Origin: Squalus acanthias | Taxonomy: Eukaryota | Direction: 5' to 3' | Length of the DNA: 64,000 nucleotides | Assembly (NCBI GenBank): GCA_030390025.1 | Contig: CM059432.1 | Span: 31,994,001 to 32,058,000, forward strand | Part shown: positions 13,801-29,499 of the stretch, piece after piece | How the letters are laid out: every line of letters starts with the position of its first letter | Position numbering within the stretch: position 1 is the first letter of the stretch | The notes under the pieces: generated by a model | What the model saw: the letters and a program-made list of their open reading frames with translations, nothing else | The model's database searches: none | Told to the model about the DNA's origin: nothing | Translations under genes and position numbers: made by a program

Positions 13801-16800
13801 TAATGAATTGGCCTCAACTGCCTTCTGTGGTAGAGAATTCCACAGGTTCACCACTCTCTGGGTGAAGAAATTCCTCCTCATCTCAGTCCTAAATGGCTTA
13901 CCCCTTATCCTTAGACTGTGACCCCTGGTTCTGGACTTCCCCGCCATTGGGAACATCCTTCCTGCATCTAGTCTGTCTAGTCCTGTTAGAATTCTATAAG
14001 TTTCAATGAGATCCCCTCTCATTCTTCTAAACTCTAGCGAATATAAGCCTAATCGACCCAATCTCTCTTCATACGTCATTCTTGCCATCCCAGGTATCAG
14101 TCTGGTGAATCTTCGCTGCACTCCCTCCATGGCAAGAACATGCTTCCTCAGATAAGGCGACCAAAACTGCACACAATACTCAAGGTGTGGTCTCACCAAG
14201 GCCCTGTACAACTGCAGCAAGACATCCTTGCTCCTGTACTCGAATCCTCTCGCTATGAAGGCCAACATACCATTTGCCTTCTTAACCGCCTGCTGCACCT
14301 GCATGCTTACCTTCACCGACTGGTGCACAAGGATACCCAGGTCTCGTTGCACTTCCCCTTTTCCCAATCTATTGCCATTCAGATAATAATCTGCCTTCCT
14401 TTTTTGCCACCAAAGTGGATAACCTCGCATTTATCCACATTATAGTGCATCTGCCATGCATCTGCCCAATCACCCAACCTGTCCAAATCATACTGGAGTT
14501 TCTCTACATCCTCCTCACAGCACACATGCTCACCCAGCTTTGTGTCATCTGCAAACTTGGAGATATTACATCTAGTTCCCTCGTCTAGATCATTAATATA
14601 TATTGTGAATAACTGGGGTCCTAGCATCAATCCCTGCGGTACCCCACTAGTCACTGCCTGCCACTCGGAAAAAGACCCGTTTATTCCAACTCTTTGCTTC
14701 CTATCTGCCAACCAGTTTTCTATCTAAGTCAGTACCTTACCCCCAATCCCACGTGCTTTAACTTTGCACGCTAATCTCTTATGCGGGACCTTATCGAAAG
14801 CCTTCTGAAAGTCCAAATACACCACATGCACTGGTTCTCCCTTATTTATTCTACCAATTACATCCTCAAAAAATTCCAGTAGATTAGTCAAGCATGATTT
14901 ACCTTTTGTAAATCCATGTTGACTTTGTCCGATCCTGTCACTGTTTTCCAAGTGCACTGCTGTTACATCTTTTATAATGGACTCTAACATTTTCCCCACT
15001 ACCAATGTCAGGCTTACCGGTCTATAATTCCCCTTTTCTCTCTACCACCTTTTTTAAATAGTGGGGTTACATTAGCTACCCTCCAATCCATGGGAACTGT
15101 TCCAGAGTCTATAGAATTTTGGAAGATGACCAGCAATGCATCTACTATTTCTAGGGCCACTTCCTTAAGTACCCTAGGATGTAGATTATCAGGCCCTGGG
15201 GATTTATCGGCCTTCAATCCCATCAATTTCCCAAACACCATTTCCCTACAAATACTGATTTCATTCAGTTCCTCCCTCTCATTAGACCCTATGTTCCCCG
15301 ACATCTCTGGGAGTGTATTTGTGTCTTCCTTTGTGAAGACAGAACCAAAGTATGTATTTAATTGGTCTGCCATTTCTTTGTTCCCCATTATAAATTCCCC
15401 TGATTCTGACTGAAAGGGACCTACGCTTGATTTCACCAATCTTTTTCTCTTCCCATATCTATAGAAGCTTTTACAGTCAGTTTTTATGTTCCCTGAAAGC
15501 TTACTCTCATACTCTATTTTCCCCCTCTTAATTAATCCCTTTGTCCTCCTTTGCTGAATCCTAAACTGCTCCCAATCTTCGGGTTTGCTGCTTTTTCTGG
15601 CCAATTTATATGTCTTCTCCTTGGATCTTATGCTATCCCTAATTTTCCTTTTGAGTTGAGTCACCTTTTTTGCTTTATTTTCATGCCAAACAGGGATGAA
15701 CAAATTCTGTAGTTCATCCATGCGATCTTTAAATGTTTGCCATTGCCTATCCACCGTCAACCCTTTAAGTAACATTCCCAATCCATCCTAGCCAACTCGC
15801 GCCTCATACCATCGTAGTTTCCTTTATTTAAATTCAGTACCCTAGTCTCTGAGTCAACTACTACTTCACTCTCCATCTTAATGAAGAATTCTATCATATT
15901 CTGATTGCTCCTCCCCAAGGGGCCTCACACAACAACATTGCTAATCAATCCTTTCTCATTACATAATACCCAGTCTAAGATGGCCTGATCTCTAGTTGGT
16001 TCCTCGACATATTGGTCCAGGAAACCATCCCGTATACACTCTAGGAATTCCTCCTCCACAGTATTGTTACTAATTTGGTTAGCCCAATCTATATGTAAAT
16101 TAAAGTCACCCATGATAACTGCTGTGCCCTTATTGCACGCATCTTTAATTTCCCATTTAATGCCATCCCCAACCTCAGCATTACTGTTTGGGGGTCTGTA
16201 TACAACTCCCACTAACGTTTTCTGCCCCTTGGTATTTCTCAGCTCTACCCATACAGATTCCACATCATCAGAGCTAATATCCTTCCTTACTATTGTGTTA
16301 ATTTCCTCTTTAACCAGCAATGCTACCCCACCTCCTTTTCCTTTTTGCCTGTCCTTCCTGAATATTGAATACCCCTGGATGTTGAATTCCCAGCCTTGGT
16401 CACCCTGGAGCCATGTCTCCGTAATCCCAATTATATCATATCCGTTTACATCTATTTGCGCAGCTAATTCATCCACCTTATTACGAATGCTCCTCGCATT
16501 AAGACACAAAGCCTTCAGGCTTTTTTTTTTGCACACTCTTCGACCTTTTAGAATTATTGTTTACTGTGGCCATGTTTGATTTACACCCTTGATTTCTCTG
16601 CCTTCCACTTTTGCTTTTCTCCTTCCTGTCTTTTGCTTCTATCCTTGCTTCCCTTTCCTCTGTCTCCCTGCACAGGTTCCCAACCCCCTGCCATTTTAGT
16701 TTAAACCCTCCCCAACAGCACTAACAAACACTCCCCCTCGGACATCAGTCCCGGTCCTGCCCAGGTGCAAACCGTCCAGTTTGTACTGGTCCCACCTCCC

Positions 16801-19800
16801 CCAGAACCGGTTCCAATGTCCCAGGAATTTGAATCCCTCCCCCTTGCACCATTCTTCTAGCCACGTATTCATCTGAAATATCCTTCTATTTTTACTCTGA
16901 CTAGTATGTGGCACTGGTAGCAATCCTGAGATTACTATATTTGAGATCCTATTTTTTAATTTACCTCCTAACTCCCGATATTCAGCTTTTAGGACCTCAT
17001 CCCATTTTTTACCTATATCGTTGGTATGTATATGCACCATGACAACTGGCTATTCACCGTCCCCCTCCAGAAGGCCCTGCAGCCGCTCCGAGACATCCTT
17101 GACCCTTGCACCAGGGAGGCAACATACCATCCTGGAAATCTATGGAATTTGCTACCTCAGAGAGCTGTGGAAGCTGCGACATTAAATAAATTTAAAACGG
17201 AGATAGACAGTTTCCTAGCTGATAAGGGAATTAAGGGTTATGGGGAGCGGGCAGGGAAGTGGACGTGAGTCTAGGTTCGGATCAGCCATGATCCTATTGA
17301 ATGGCGGAGCAGGCCCGAGGGGCCATATGGCCTACTCCTGCTCCTACTTCTTATGTTATGTTATGTCCCGTTTGCGGCCGCAGAAACGCCTATCTATTCC
17401 CCTTACAATAGAATCCCCTATCACTATAGCTCTCCCACTCTTTTTCCTCCCGTCCTGTGCAGCAGAACCACCCATGGTGCCAGGAACTTTGTTGCTGCTG
17501 CCTTCCCCCGATAAGCCATCCTCCTCAACAATATCCAAAGTGGTATATCTGTTTGAGAGGGGGATGGCCGCAGGGGACCCCTGCACTACCTGCCTGTGCC
17601 TACTACTCTGCCTGGCGGTCACCCATTCCCTTCCTGCCTGTGCAGCCTTTACCTGCGGTGTGACCAACTCATTAAACGTGATATCCACGACGTCCTCAGC
17701 ATCGCGAATGCTCCAGTATGTATCCATTCGCAGCTCCAGCGCCGCAATGCGGTCTGCCAGTAGCTGCAGCTGGATACACTTCCCACACACATGGTCGTTA
17801 AGGACACGGGAAGTGTCCCTGATTTCCCACATAGTGCAGGAGGAGCATGCCACGGGGCCGAGCTGTGCTGTCATGACTTACCCTTTAATTAATTTAAATT
17901 AAATCAAATCAATACCACAAATTACACTACAATTAAATGATATAGTCAAGGGCCCTTGTTTACTAACACTCCCCGCTACACAACTGAGACCTTAGAAACT
18001 ATAACCACAAAATTAAGACCTTCTAAACGTTCTAAACTATTAACCTTAACTGTCAAACTATAGAGTAGTATAAATACTCACCTGGCCGTACTCACCCAAT
18101 CAGCTGCTTCCTCTTGCCCGCGTCACTTTTTGAATTGTGACGTGGCTCTGGAATGCCGCCGCCAGTCTGCGAGATTGGTAAGCCTCTGAAAAAAGCCTGC
18201 GAAAGTGAGTTTAAATGCTCACTGTACCGTCGCTCTCTCCGCTCCCGACAACGGCCTCTGAAAAAAGCCCGCGAAAGTGAGTTTAAATACTCACTGTACC
18301 GTTGCTCTCTCCGCTCCTGACACCGGCCTCTGGGGGAAAAAAAAGCCCGCGAAAGTGAGTTTAAATATTCACTGTACCGTCGCTCTCTCCGCTCCCGACA
18401 CCGGCCTCTCCGTTCATAAGAGCGGCAACGTCCAAATTACCAGATCGTGCATCAATTCAGCATTGCATGCCGATTGACGTCACAATTTGGCCCATCTAAA
18501 TATCTGAAGCGAATGCAGGCAATGACAGCGCTGCCGACCTGCCCAAAATGGCGGCTACCACGTTCCGCTCCAGAAGGGGGCAGACTTGAGCACTAAAATG
18601 TTGGCTGACAAGCCAGTGCTTTACTGAGGGCGTGTTGCACTGTCGGAGGTGCCGTCATTTTGAATGAGACGTTAAACCGAGGCCCCGTCTACTCTCTGAG
18701 GTGGATGTAAAAGATCCCATTGTAAGGAGGGAGAGAGAAAACGGGGAACTACAGACCAGTTAGCATGACATCAGTAGTAGGGAAAATTCTAGAATCTATC
18801 ATTAAGGATGTGGTAACAGGGCACTTAGAAAATAATAATAGGATTGGGCAGAGTCAACATGGATTTATGAAAGGGAAATTATGTTTGACAAATCTGTTAG
18901 AGTTTTTTGAGATTGTAACGAGCAGAATAAATAAGGGGGAACCAGTGGATGTGGTGTATTTGAATTTTCAGAAGGCATTTGATAAGGTGCCACACAAGAG
19001 GTTATTAAACAAAATTAGGGCTCATGGGAGTGGGGGTAATATATTAGCATGGATTGAGGATTGGTTAACAGACAGAAAACAGAGAGTAGGAATAAATGGG
19101 TCATTTTCGGGTTGGCAGGATGTAACTAGTGGGGTACCGCAAGGATCAGTGCTTGGGCTTCAGCTATTCGCAATCTACATCAATGATTTGGATGAGGGGA
19201 CCAAATGTAATATATCCAAGTTTGCTGATACAAAGCTGGGTGGGAATGTAAGTTGTGAGGAGGATGCAAAGAGGCTTCAAGGGGATATAGACAGGCTAAG
19301 TGAGTGGGCAAGAACATGCCAAATGGAATATAATGTGGAGAAATGTGAAGTTATCCACTTTGGTAGGAAAAATAGAAAAGCAGAGTATTTTTTAAATGGT
19401 GAGAGATGGGAAATGTTGCTGTTCAGAGGGACCTGGGTGTCCTTGTACACGAATCACTGAAAGTTAACATGCAGGTACAGCAAGCAATTAGGAAAGCAAA
19501 TGGTATGTTGGCCTTTATTACAAGATGATTTGAGTATAAGTGTAAAGACATCTTACTGCAATTATATAGGGCCCTGGTGAGACCACACCTGGAGTATTGT
19601 GTACAGTTTTGGTCTCCTTACCTAAGGAAGGATATACTTGCCATAGAGGAAGTGCAACGAAGGTTCACCAGACTGGTTCCTGGGATGGGGGGATTTTCCT
19701 ATGAGGAGAGATTGAGTAGAATAGGCCTATATTCTCCAGAGTTTAGAAGAATGAGAGGTGATCTCATTGAAACATACAAAATTCTTACAGGGCTTGACAG

Positions 19801-22800
19801 GGAAGATGCAGGGAGGATGTTGTCCCTGGCTGGGGAGTCTAGAACCAGTGGTCACAGTCTCAGAATAAGGGGTTGCCCATTTAGGAATGAGATGAGGAGA
19901 AATTTCTTCACTCAGAGGGTGGTGAATCTTTGGAATTCTCTACCCCAGAGGGCTGTGGAGGCTCAGTCGTTGAGTATATTCAAGACAGAGATCGATAGAT
20001 TTTTGAATATTAAGCGAATCAAGGGATATGGGGATAGTGCAGGAAGTGGAGATGAGGTAGAAGATCAGTCATGATCTTATTGAATGGCGGAGCAGGCTCG
20101 AAGTGTCAAATGGCCTACTCCTGCTCCTATTTCTTAAGTTCTTAGGTTCTTATGAGATGGATGAGCAGCTGACCACTGGCATTCAAACAAAGAAATATGC
20201 TGGGCCTCCCGATAAATACTCCCACACAGGATTGCGGTCCGCGCCCAACTTCTTCCTGCTGGGAGTTAAATCAACCCTTTGGTGTTGGTTTCAGAATCTA
20301 TTACATAGGATTACATAGGATAATACGGCACAGTAACAGGCCATTCGGCCCAACCAGTCCATGCCGGCATTTATGCTCCACTCGAGCCTCCTCCCGTCTT
20401 TCCTCATCTAACTCTATCAGCATAACCCTCTATTTCCTTCTCCCTCATATGCTTATCTAGTCTCCCCTTAACCGCATTGAAAATATTTGCCTCAACTACT
20501 CCCTGTGGTAACGATTTCCACATTCTCACCACTCTCTGGGTAAAGAAGTTTCTTCTGAATTCCCTATTTGATTTCTTGGTGACTATCTTATATTGATGGC
20601 CTCTAGTTATGCTCTTCCCCACAGTGGAAACACTCTCTATATCTACTCTATCATAACCTTTCATAAGATCTCAATTAGGTCACCCTTTTTTCAAGCGAAA
20701 AGAGACCCAGCCTGTTCATCCTTTCCAGATAGGTATACCCTCTCATTTTTGATATCATCCTTGTAAATCTTCTCTGCACCCTCTCCAGTGCCTCTATATC
20801 CTTTTGATAAGATGGCGACGCAGTACTCCAAGTGTGGTCTAACCAAGGTTCTTAACTTCACTACTTTTCAATTCTATCCCTCTAGAAATAAACCCTAGTG
20901 CCTGGTTTGCTTTTTTTATGGCCTCGCTATTTTTAGTGATTTGTGTATTTGTACTCCGAGATCGCTTTGCTCCTCTACCCCACCCAGACTCGCACCCTCC
21001 AAGTAATAAGTAACCTCCCTATTCTTCCTACTTCACATTTATCTGTGTTGAACTTCATTTGCCAATTATATGCCCATTCTGCAAGTTTATTAATGTCTTC
21101 CTCTAATTTGTTGCAGTCCTCCTCAGTATTAACTATCCCCTCCCCACCCCCCCAATTTGGTGTCATCTGCAAATTTAGAATTGTGTTTTTGATTCCAAAG
21201 TCTAAATCGTTAATATAAATTGTGAACAACAGTGGTTCCAGCACTGATCCTTGTGGAACACCACTACCCACCTTCTGCCACTGTGAATAGCTATCCTTTA
21301 CCCTATCTCTCTGCTTTCTGTCTTGAAGCCAGCTAGCTATCCATTCTGCTACTTGTCCCCTGACTCCACATTCTCTGACCTTATTCGTTAGTCTATTATG
21401 CGGTACCTTATTGAAGGCCTTTTGAAAATACAGATAAATTACATCTACTACATTACCCTTGTCTATTCTCTCTGTTACCTCTTCAAAAAATGTAATGAGG
21501 TTGGTCACGCAAGACTTTCCCTTTTGAAATCCATGCTGACTATTCATTACTATATTTTTGGCTTCTAGATGTTCTTATTTTTCCTTTAGTACGGATTCCA
21601 TTATTTTTCCTACCACCGATGTTAAGCTGACTGGTCTATAATTCCCTGGACATGTTCTATCCCCCTTCTTAAATATAAGTATTATGTAAGCTATCCGCCA
21701 GTCCTCTGGCACTACCCCTTTTTCTAATGATTTATTAAATATGTGTAGTAATGCCCTCTGCTATCTCTTCTCTAGATTCTTTTAAAATGTGTAGATGTAA
21801 TCCATCCAGACCAGAGGTTTATCCTCTTTGAGTTTGATTAGTTTATTTACAATATCTCCTCTTTTTATTTTAAATGCAGCTATTACATTATAATCTGTTC
21901 ACCTGTTCTATCTCCCTGGTAAATACTGAAGCAAAGTAATTATTTAACATTTCTGCCATATCTCTATCACTACCTGTGGTATTATCCTGTCCATCTCTTA
22001 GTGGCCCTATTCCCATTCAACCTTTCTTTTTTTATTGATTTGCCTGTAAAATATTTTACTATTTTGTTTTATGTTCCTTGATAATTTAATTTCATAGGTC
22101 CTCTTTGCCTTCCTAATTGTTTTTTTGACTTGTCTCCTAATCTCTTTGTATTTTCCCTTATCATGCTCTCCCCTGCTGTCCATTTACTTAATGTATGCCT
22201 CTTTCCTTACCCTCAATTTTCCCTTATGGCTTTATTCATCCATGGTGTCTCATTAGTTTTTTAACGGAATATATTTTTCCTGGTCTCTGTTGAACACCGT
22301 TTTCAATGTTTCCCATTGCTGTTCTACATCATTGTTTGCCAATATTGTTGTCCATTTTATTTTCCTAAGTTGTATTCATAGCCCCTCAAAATCAGCGTTT
22401 CTCCAATCTATCACCCTGGTGGTCTTCATACTTATGTCCTTCTCAATTACTATTTTAAAGCATATTATATTATAGTCACTATAGCCTAGATGTTCCCCTA
22501 CTTTTACTTCTCTTATCTGCTCTGGTTCATTCCCCATTACTAGATCCAATAGCGAATCCTCCCTTGTTGGGCTTTTTACATATTGGGTTAGAAAGGAGTC
22601 ATGTACACATTGTAGGAACTCCATTCCCTTATCCTCTTTACCTACCTCTTCTGTCCAATTAATATCAGGGTAGTTGAAATCCTCCATGATTATTATTCTA
22701 TGTTTTTTACTAATTTCCCTAATTTGTTTGCATATTTCCTCCTCCAACTCCCTTCCACTATTACGTGGCCTGTAGACTACCCCTATTAGTGTGATTGATC

Positions 22801-25800
22801 CTTTATTATCTTTTATCTCTAACTACATGGATTCTATTTCTGTCTTGCTGATAGCTTCATCACTTCTTTCTACTGCCATTATGTTATCCCTAATAAGTAC
22901 AGCTACTCCACCTCCCCCTTTCCCCTCTCTATCTTTTCTAAATATGTTATAACCTGCAATGTTTAATTCCCAGTCCTGATTTTTCTGTAGCCATGTCTTA
23001 GTAATCCCTACTATGTCTGGTTCCTCACAACGCATGATTGCCTCCAGCTCCCCTGTTTTATTACGGACACTGTATGCATTGCTGTACAGACAGTTTAACT
23101 CATTTTTAATAGCAGTACCTTTCCCTTTATTTTTAACCATCTTTTTAGACTCCTGTTCTATAACTCTATTTATTCCCTGGCCATCAATGTGCTCCCTTAC
23201 TTTACTCTTTCCTAAGCTCTCCTTTCCTGTTTTGTTTATATTTAGGCTGGTTTCATTTCTTGTAGATCCCTCCCCCCATCTCACTAATTTAAAGCCTTTG
23301 CCACCTTCCTATTTACCCTTTCCACTAGGACACAGGTCCCATCCCAGCTCGGGTGGAGCCTGTCCCATCGGTACAGCTCCTTCCTGTCCCAGTACTGGTG
23401 CCAGTGTCCCATGAAAAGGATCCCCTCTTTCCCGCACCAGCCCTTTAGCCACTTGTTAATTCTCTTGATCTGACTGCTTCTATGCCAATTTGCACATGGC
23501 TCGGGCAATATTCCAGAGATTATTACTCTCGAGGTCCTGCTTTTTAATTTAGCTCCTAACTCCTGATACTCCTTCAGCAGGATCTCCTCCCTGTTCCTAC
23601 CTATGTCGTTTGTTCCGACGTGGACCAATATAACTGGATTTACCCTGTCCCTTTCCAAATTCCTCTCCAGTCGCCTCGAGATATCCCTTACCCTGGCACC
23701 AGGTAGGCAACACACTCTTTGGGATTCTTGTTCTTGGCTGCAGATATCTATTCCCCCTAATTATAGAATCCCCTATCACTACCACATTTCTATTCTGCTC
23801 TTCACCCAACTTGGACAGCCTTCTGAGCCTTGGTCTGCATTGTGGCTGTCCTCCCCGCAGTCTTTCTCCATGTCCTCACAGTTAGCGAGTACATCATCCC
23901 TGTTGGACAGGATCAGTGTCTGCGGGACCTCCTTCTCAACCTCTCCTAAGTCCCTGCTACCCGGCTCTCTAACAGTCACACCCTTCCTTTCCTGAACCTG
24001 TGCTTTCCTCTGGGGTGTGACTGCATTCTGGATAAAACTGTCCAGAAATTCCTCCCCATCCCTTCTGTTTCGGAGTGTCTCCAACTCGCACTCCAGCTCA
24101 ATGACTCTGAGCCGGAGTGACTGAAGGCAGAGACATTTCCTGCAGATGTGGGAATCCGGGACAGTCTCGCTGTCCACAAACTCCCACATACTACAGTCCC
24201 GACACATAGCCTGCCCTGCTATCTCTAATTTTTTTTTATTTATATGCTTATTTAAATTAGTTAAAGTTTTTAATCAAGCGTTATATTAATTAATTAGTTT
24301 ATCCAGTTAAGTTATTAATTTAATAAAGTATTAGTTATTGTTCCCCAGCTCTTAGTTTAAAACACTGCACTAGCTTAGAGAAAAAAATACGCTCTAATAA
24401 TCATCGTCACTCCTTGATTTTTTTCCCCACCCGGCCCCCGGTTAGGTCCGCTCCTCCTCCGCTGCTCACAGTGAGTTTGGGCCTCTCTCTGACTGCGCTC
24501 TTTATTTACCTGCCTCTGCTCCGGTCCCCGGTTAGGTCCGCTCCTCCTCCGCTGCTCACAGTGAGTTTAACTGAGTCTTCGGGAGAGGCTTTGTTCTTGA
24601 ACCGATGCCATGGTATTAAACAACAACAACTTGAATTTATATAGCACCTTTAACCTAGTAAAACCTACCAAGGTGTTTCACAGAGCGTTTCTCACACAAT
24701 TTGGGTGGATGGGATGAAAAATTGGCCAAAATATGACTGCATGTATTCAAAGTAAGCGGCAATGATGGGATACGCCCTATTTCCCATCATTACCCCCATA
24801 GCAATATTCGCATGAGTAACGTTACTGGCATTGACAGGTGCTAAGGACCAGCAGAAGGTAAGTTTAACCCCGCTGCACCCCGCAAAGGATTCACTCCTTC
24901 CTCAAAGGAAGTTTGATAACAGAAATTGAGGCTCCCATTCCCTCCTCTGCAGGTAGTCGGCCCCGCTCCACTACTACACACACCTGAGGACTATTTACTG
25001 CCCCATCCGCGACGGGTACCCTAGCTGAATAATTTAAAGTCAGCCTGGCCCCAGGAAATATTCCGTTAACAATATGGCGGGAGAAAAGCCCACCCCACCC
25101 AGCACTGCCCCTGCCCACCCCACCAAATTAACCCCGCCAATCCCGGCTACGCGAAAGTCTAGGATACTGTATCATTCAATTGTTTTCTTGTTGTTCTGTC
25201 TTCCGTAGGTTCCTCCCTGAGTCTGCGAGATGGCTTATAACAAAAGGTCGAAATGAAGAAGCGAAGAAGTATCTTATGAGTGCAGCAATAATGAACAAAA
25301 GGGTAGTGCCTGAAACAATGCTTGACATGGTATTTATCAAAGTTTAAACGCTTAAAGGAATTGTTTGAGCTGTGTGAATTGTTTTCAGTTGACCATGTTG
25401 GAAAGAAAAGCTTGGTACCATAGCCAAGTTAATAAATTGACACAGCATTTTATTACATCTGAAAGTGCTTCACTTCACTTTGTAGCACAGTGTCTGATGT
25501 GTAAGCAGACACAACAGCTATGGGATGAATGACCAGTTAATCTGGAGTTTAAATCACCAGGAGAATTCCCTGTTGCTCTTCAAATCATCTTCTTCTTAGG
25601 CAGTCCCTCGGAACCGAGGATGACTTGCCTCCACATTAAAAATGAGTTCGCAGGTGACTGATGAGTCCAATGCGGGACCTACAGTCTCTGTCACAGGTGG
25701 GGCAGACGGTGGTTGAAGTGGCGTGTGGGTGGGGTGCTTGGGTTGACGTGCGCTCCTTGCGCTGCCTGCGCTTGGCTTCCGCTTGCTCCCAGCGAAGAGG

Positions 25801-28800
25801 TGTTCGGCGCCTTCCCGGATGCTTCTCCTCCACTTTGTGCGGTCTTGGGCCAGGGATTCCCAGGTGTCGGTGGGGATGTTACACTTTTTCAAGGAGGCTT
25901 TGAGGGTGTCCTTGAAGCGTTTCCTCTGCCCACCTGGGGCTCTCTTGTCGTGCCGGAGCTCCGAGTAGAGCACCTGTTTTGGGAGTCTCGTATCGGGCAT
26001 GCGGACAATGTGACCCGTCCATTGGAGCCGATCGAGCGTGGTCAAAGCTTTGATGCTGGGGATGTTGGCCTTAGCAATTTGCAGGATCTTGCGGAGGCAG
26101 CGTTGGTGGTACCTCTCCAGTGCTTTGAGGTGCCTGCTGTACATGGTCCATGTCTCTGAGGCATACAGCAGGGCGGGTATCACTGCTGCTCTGTAGACCA
26201 TGAGCTTAGTGCTCTTCAAATAGTGCCTGGGAAACAGCCACCTAAACAGACAGCAATGCATTTAATGTCTCATCCAAAGGATAACACCTCTGACAATGTG
26301 TGAGGTGATGCATTTTGGCAGAAGGAACAGGGAGAGGCAATATACACTTAATGGCACAGTTTTAAAGAGTGTGCAGAGACAGAGGGACCTGGGAGTTAAT
26401 GTGCATAGGTTCCTGAAGGTGGCAGGAGATATTGAGAGTGTGGTTATCAAAGCATATGGGATCTTGGGCTTCAAAAATAGAGGTATTGAGTACAAAAGTA
26501 GAGAAGTTATGCTGAACCTTTATAAAGCGCTGGTTAGGCCACAACTGGAGTATTGCGTCCAGTTCTGGTCACCACACTTTAGGAAGGATGTGAAGGCCCT
26601 TGAGAGGGTGCAGAGGAGATTTACCAGAATGGTTCCGGGGATGGGGGATCTTAGCTACAAGGACAGGTTGGAGAAGCTGGATTTGTTTTCATTGGAGCAA
26701 AGGAGGTTGAGGGGTGATTTGATAGAGGTGTACAAGATTATGACGGGTTTGGATAGGCTAGACAGGGAAAGGCTGTTCCCACTAGTTGATGTTACAAGGA
26801 CTAGGGGACACAGATTTAAGGTTTAGGGCAAGAGATACAGGGGGAACATGAGGAAAAACTTTTTTACGCAGTGAGTGGTGATGACCTGGAACTCGCTGCC
26901 GACGGAAGTGGTGGAAACGGAGACACTCAATATTTTCAAGGAGAGACTGGATAGACACTTGAGGGAAATAAACTTGCAGGGCTACGGGGATAGAGCGTGG
27001 GAATGGGTCTGACTGGATTGCTCTACAGAGAGCCGGCACTGACTCGATGGGCTGAATGGCCTCCTTCTGTGCCGTTATGACTCTATGACAATGTAGCATT
27101 CACTCAGTACTCAACTTGAATATAAAGTTAGTTTATGAGCTCAAACCCTGGTGGGGGCTTCAAACACACAACCTTATCACCTCATTCAGTGTGTCAGGCT
27201 TAGCTCAGCGATAGCGCTCTCGTCTCTGCGTCAGAAGGTTGAGGGTTCAAGCCCCACTCCAGAGATTTGAGCACATAATCTAGGCTGACACTTCAGTGCA
27301 GTACTGAGGGAGTGCTGCATTGTTAGAGGTGCTGTCTTTCAGATGATATGTTACACTAAGGCCCCGTCTGCTCTCTTAGGCTGGCATAAAAGATCCCACG
27401 GCACTATATGATAAACAGCAGGAGATTTCCCCTATTTATCTCTCAACCAACTGCACGAAAATCAGATTATCTAGTCATTTATTTCATTGCTGTATGCAAA
27501 TTGGCTGCCGCGTTTCCTACGTTACAACATGACTACACTTCCAAAGTACTTCATTGTGAAGCGCTTTGGGACATCTTGAGGTCGTGAAAGATGCTATGTA
27601 AATGCAAGTTCTTTCTTTCAGTGTTCATATTTGATGAGTCACTTAGGTGGAAATTTTAACCTAAAAAAACAGGTGGGTTGGGGTCGTGTGGAAAGTTAAA
27701 GTGTTAAAAATCTGAATCGTGACCAGAACCCGCCTCCAACCCATCCACTTCCGCCCACAACCCACTGCCAGGAGGTGGTTCGTCTATGTAAATATTATAA
27801 TGAGGCTGCAAGCCTCGGATTTAACCTCCATTTTGAATTGAACTTTAGCTGCTCCAGTTTCGCAGGCCTCGTGAAACCCGGCAGCTAAAGTAAGGCGAGG
27901 ACTGCTGGATCCAGGAGGCTGTCTGCCTCCCCCTCACCCCCCATCCCCACTCCTCCTGGCCCCCTGTGCTCCTCTGGCCTCCTATCTGGTGCTCCGGCCC
28001 CCGATCTGGCTGCGGGTGGGAAACAGAGGTTTCCCTTGCAAATCAGGCCCTGCCGTTAATTCTTCCAGGTTTCCAGACCGCTTCTGAGCACCCCCACTCC
28101 CAACCCGCCTCCCCATTAAAATTCAGGCCTTACTTACTCTGGACGACAATATCCAACACTGTTAGCTTCTGAAAGAGAGAGATAGGTTAGCGGTTTGGGT
28201 GAGGCTCCTTTTCCATAACTGGACTGCATCAGTTCAGGTGAAGCTTTCCATCTCTTTAAGATGCTGACAGGTGGGCTGCATACTTTCTGGTTTTCTTTCT
28301 AGTAATTTCCTGACCTTGGTTGAGCTGTGCATTGAGGATGGGGGTGGCAGAGCCGGTGGAGGTAAATTGATCCTATGCAAGGAGGGAGGGCAGATGGGAA
28401 CATAGGAGCCAAGATCACCCTGAGTATCCGCTTCGCACCATCCAGCATTTGGTTATAGAATCCCATTGACAGTGGCCTGGGAGAATTTCCCTGACGAGCC
28501 GGGGAATGCGGTACTACATGGATGGAGGAAGGACCTAAAAGAGGGAACATATGGAATGGGGGGAACCAGGAATGTACAATTTTTCCAATATTTCTGGTCT
28601 GGAGAAATTTGAATGTGTTTGTTCACATGGATGGTCCTCAGCCAGTCAGATGTTCAGAGTTCACTGATTCTTGGTGCCTAATATTACCACATTTACTTTC
28701 AAGCTTGCGACTGAGAAGGAAATCCAGCAAGCCACCCTTTTGGAACTTTTTAAGTCATCAAGTCTGAGGAGAGTTACGTTGGTTTTGATTTTCATCTGGT

Positions 28801-29467
28801 AATATTGAATTCTTCATCAATTAATTTCCTAATTTATAATGCTGTGTGAGTAAAATCCCAATTCTACAAATTTAATGGGGGAGGTTAGAGACATAGAATA
28901 TGTTTTATAACCCAACTTGTATACAACACAAAGTGCTTTTCCATTACAATAGTAAGGAATTGACTGGTGTGATATCTTGGCTGCTGGGGTCACAATCTTA
29001 AGACTGAGATGAGGAGGAATTTCTTCATTCAGAGGGTTGTGAATCTTTGGAATTCTCTACCCCAGAGGGCTGTGGATGCTGAGTTGTTGAGTATATTCAA
29101 GGCTGAGATCGATAGATTTTTGGCCTCTAAGGGAAATCAAGGGATATGGGGATTGGGCGGGAAAGTGGAGTTGAGGTCAAAGATCAGCCATGATCGTATT
29201 AAATGGCGGAGCAGGCTCAAAGGGCCGTATGGCCTACTCCTGCTCCTAATTCTTATCTTTTTATGTTCTTAACAATACATCATAGCAACAGTGTCTGTGT
29301 AACTGCACTATGGGACTGAATACCCAAACTTCAAATTTGTTTTTATTTCCAATTTTCTTTCTTTTTCTCCCCTGAAGGGTAGCCTTGTACTGGGATGCGG
29401 TACCATTGGGCCTAACAACTCTCTGGTAGCTCAACCAAATGACTTTTTGTTATTTGTCAGCATAGAC

Positions 29468-29499
<32 letters not shown>

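Noticed and set aside
7482..18600. One giant Harbinger element enclosing SLC22 exon 4
   Set aside because: Pieces at 8900-9060 and 13245-13620 are similar, but the outer ends do not form matching TIRs; separate truncated copies are simpler.
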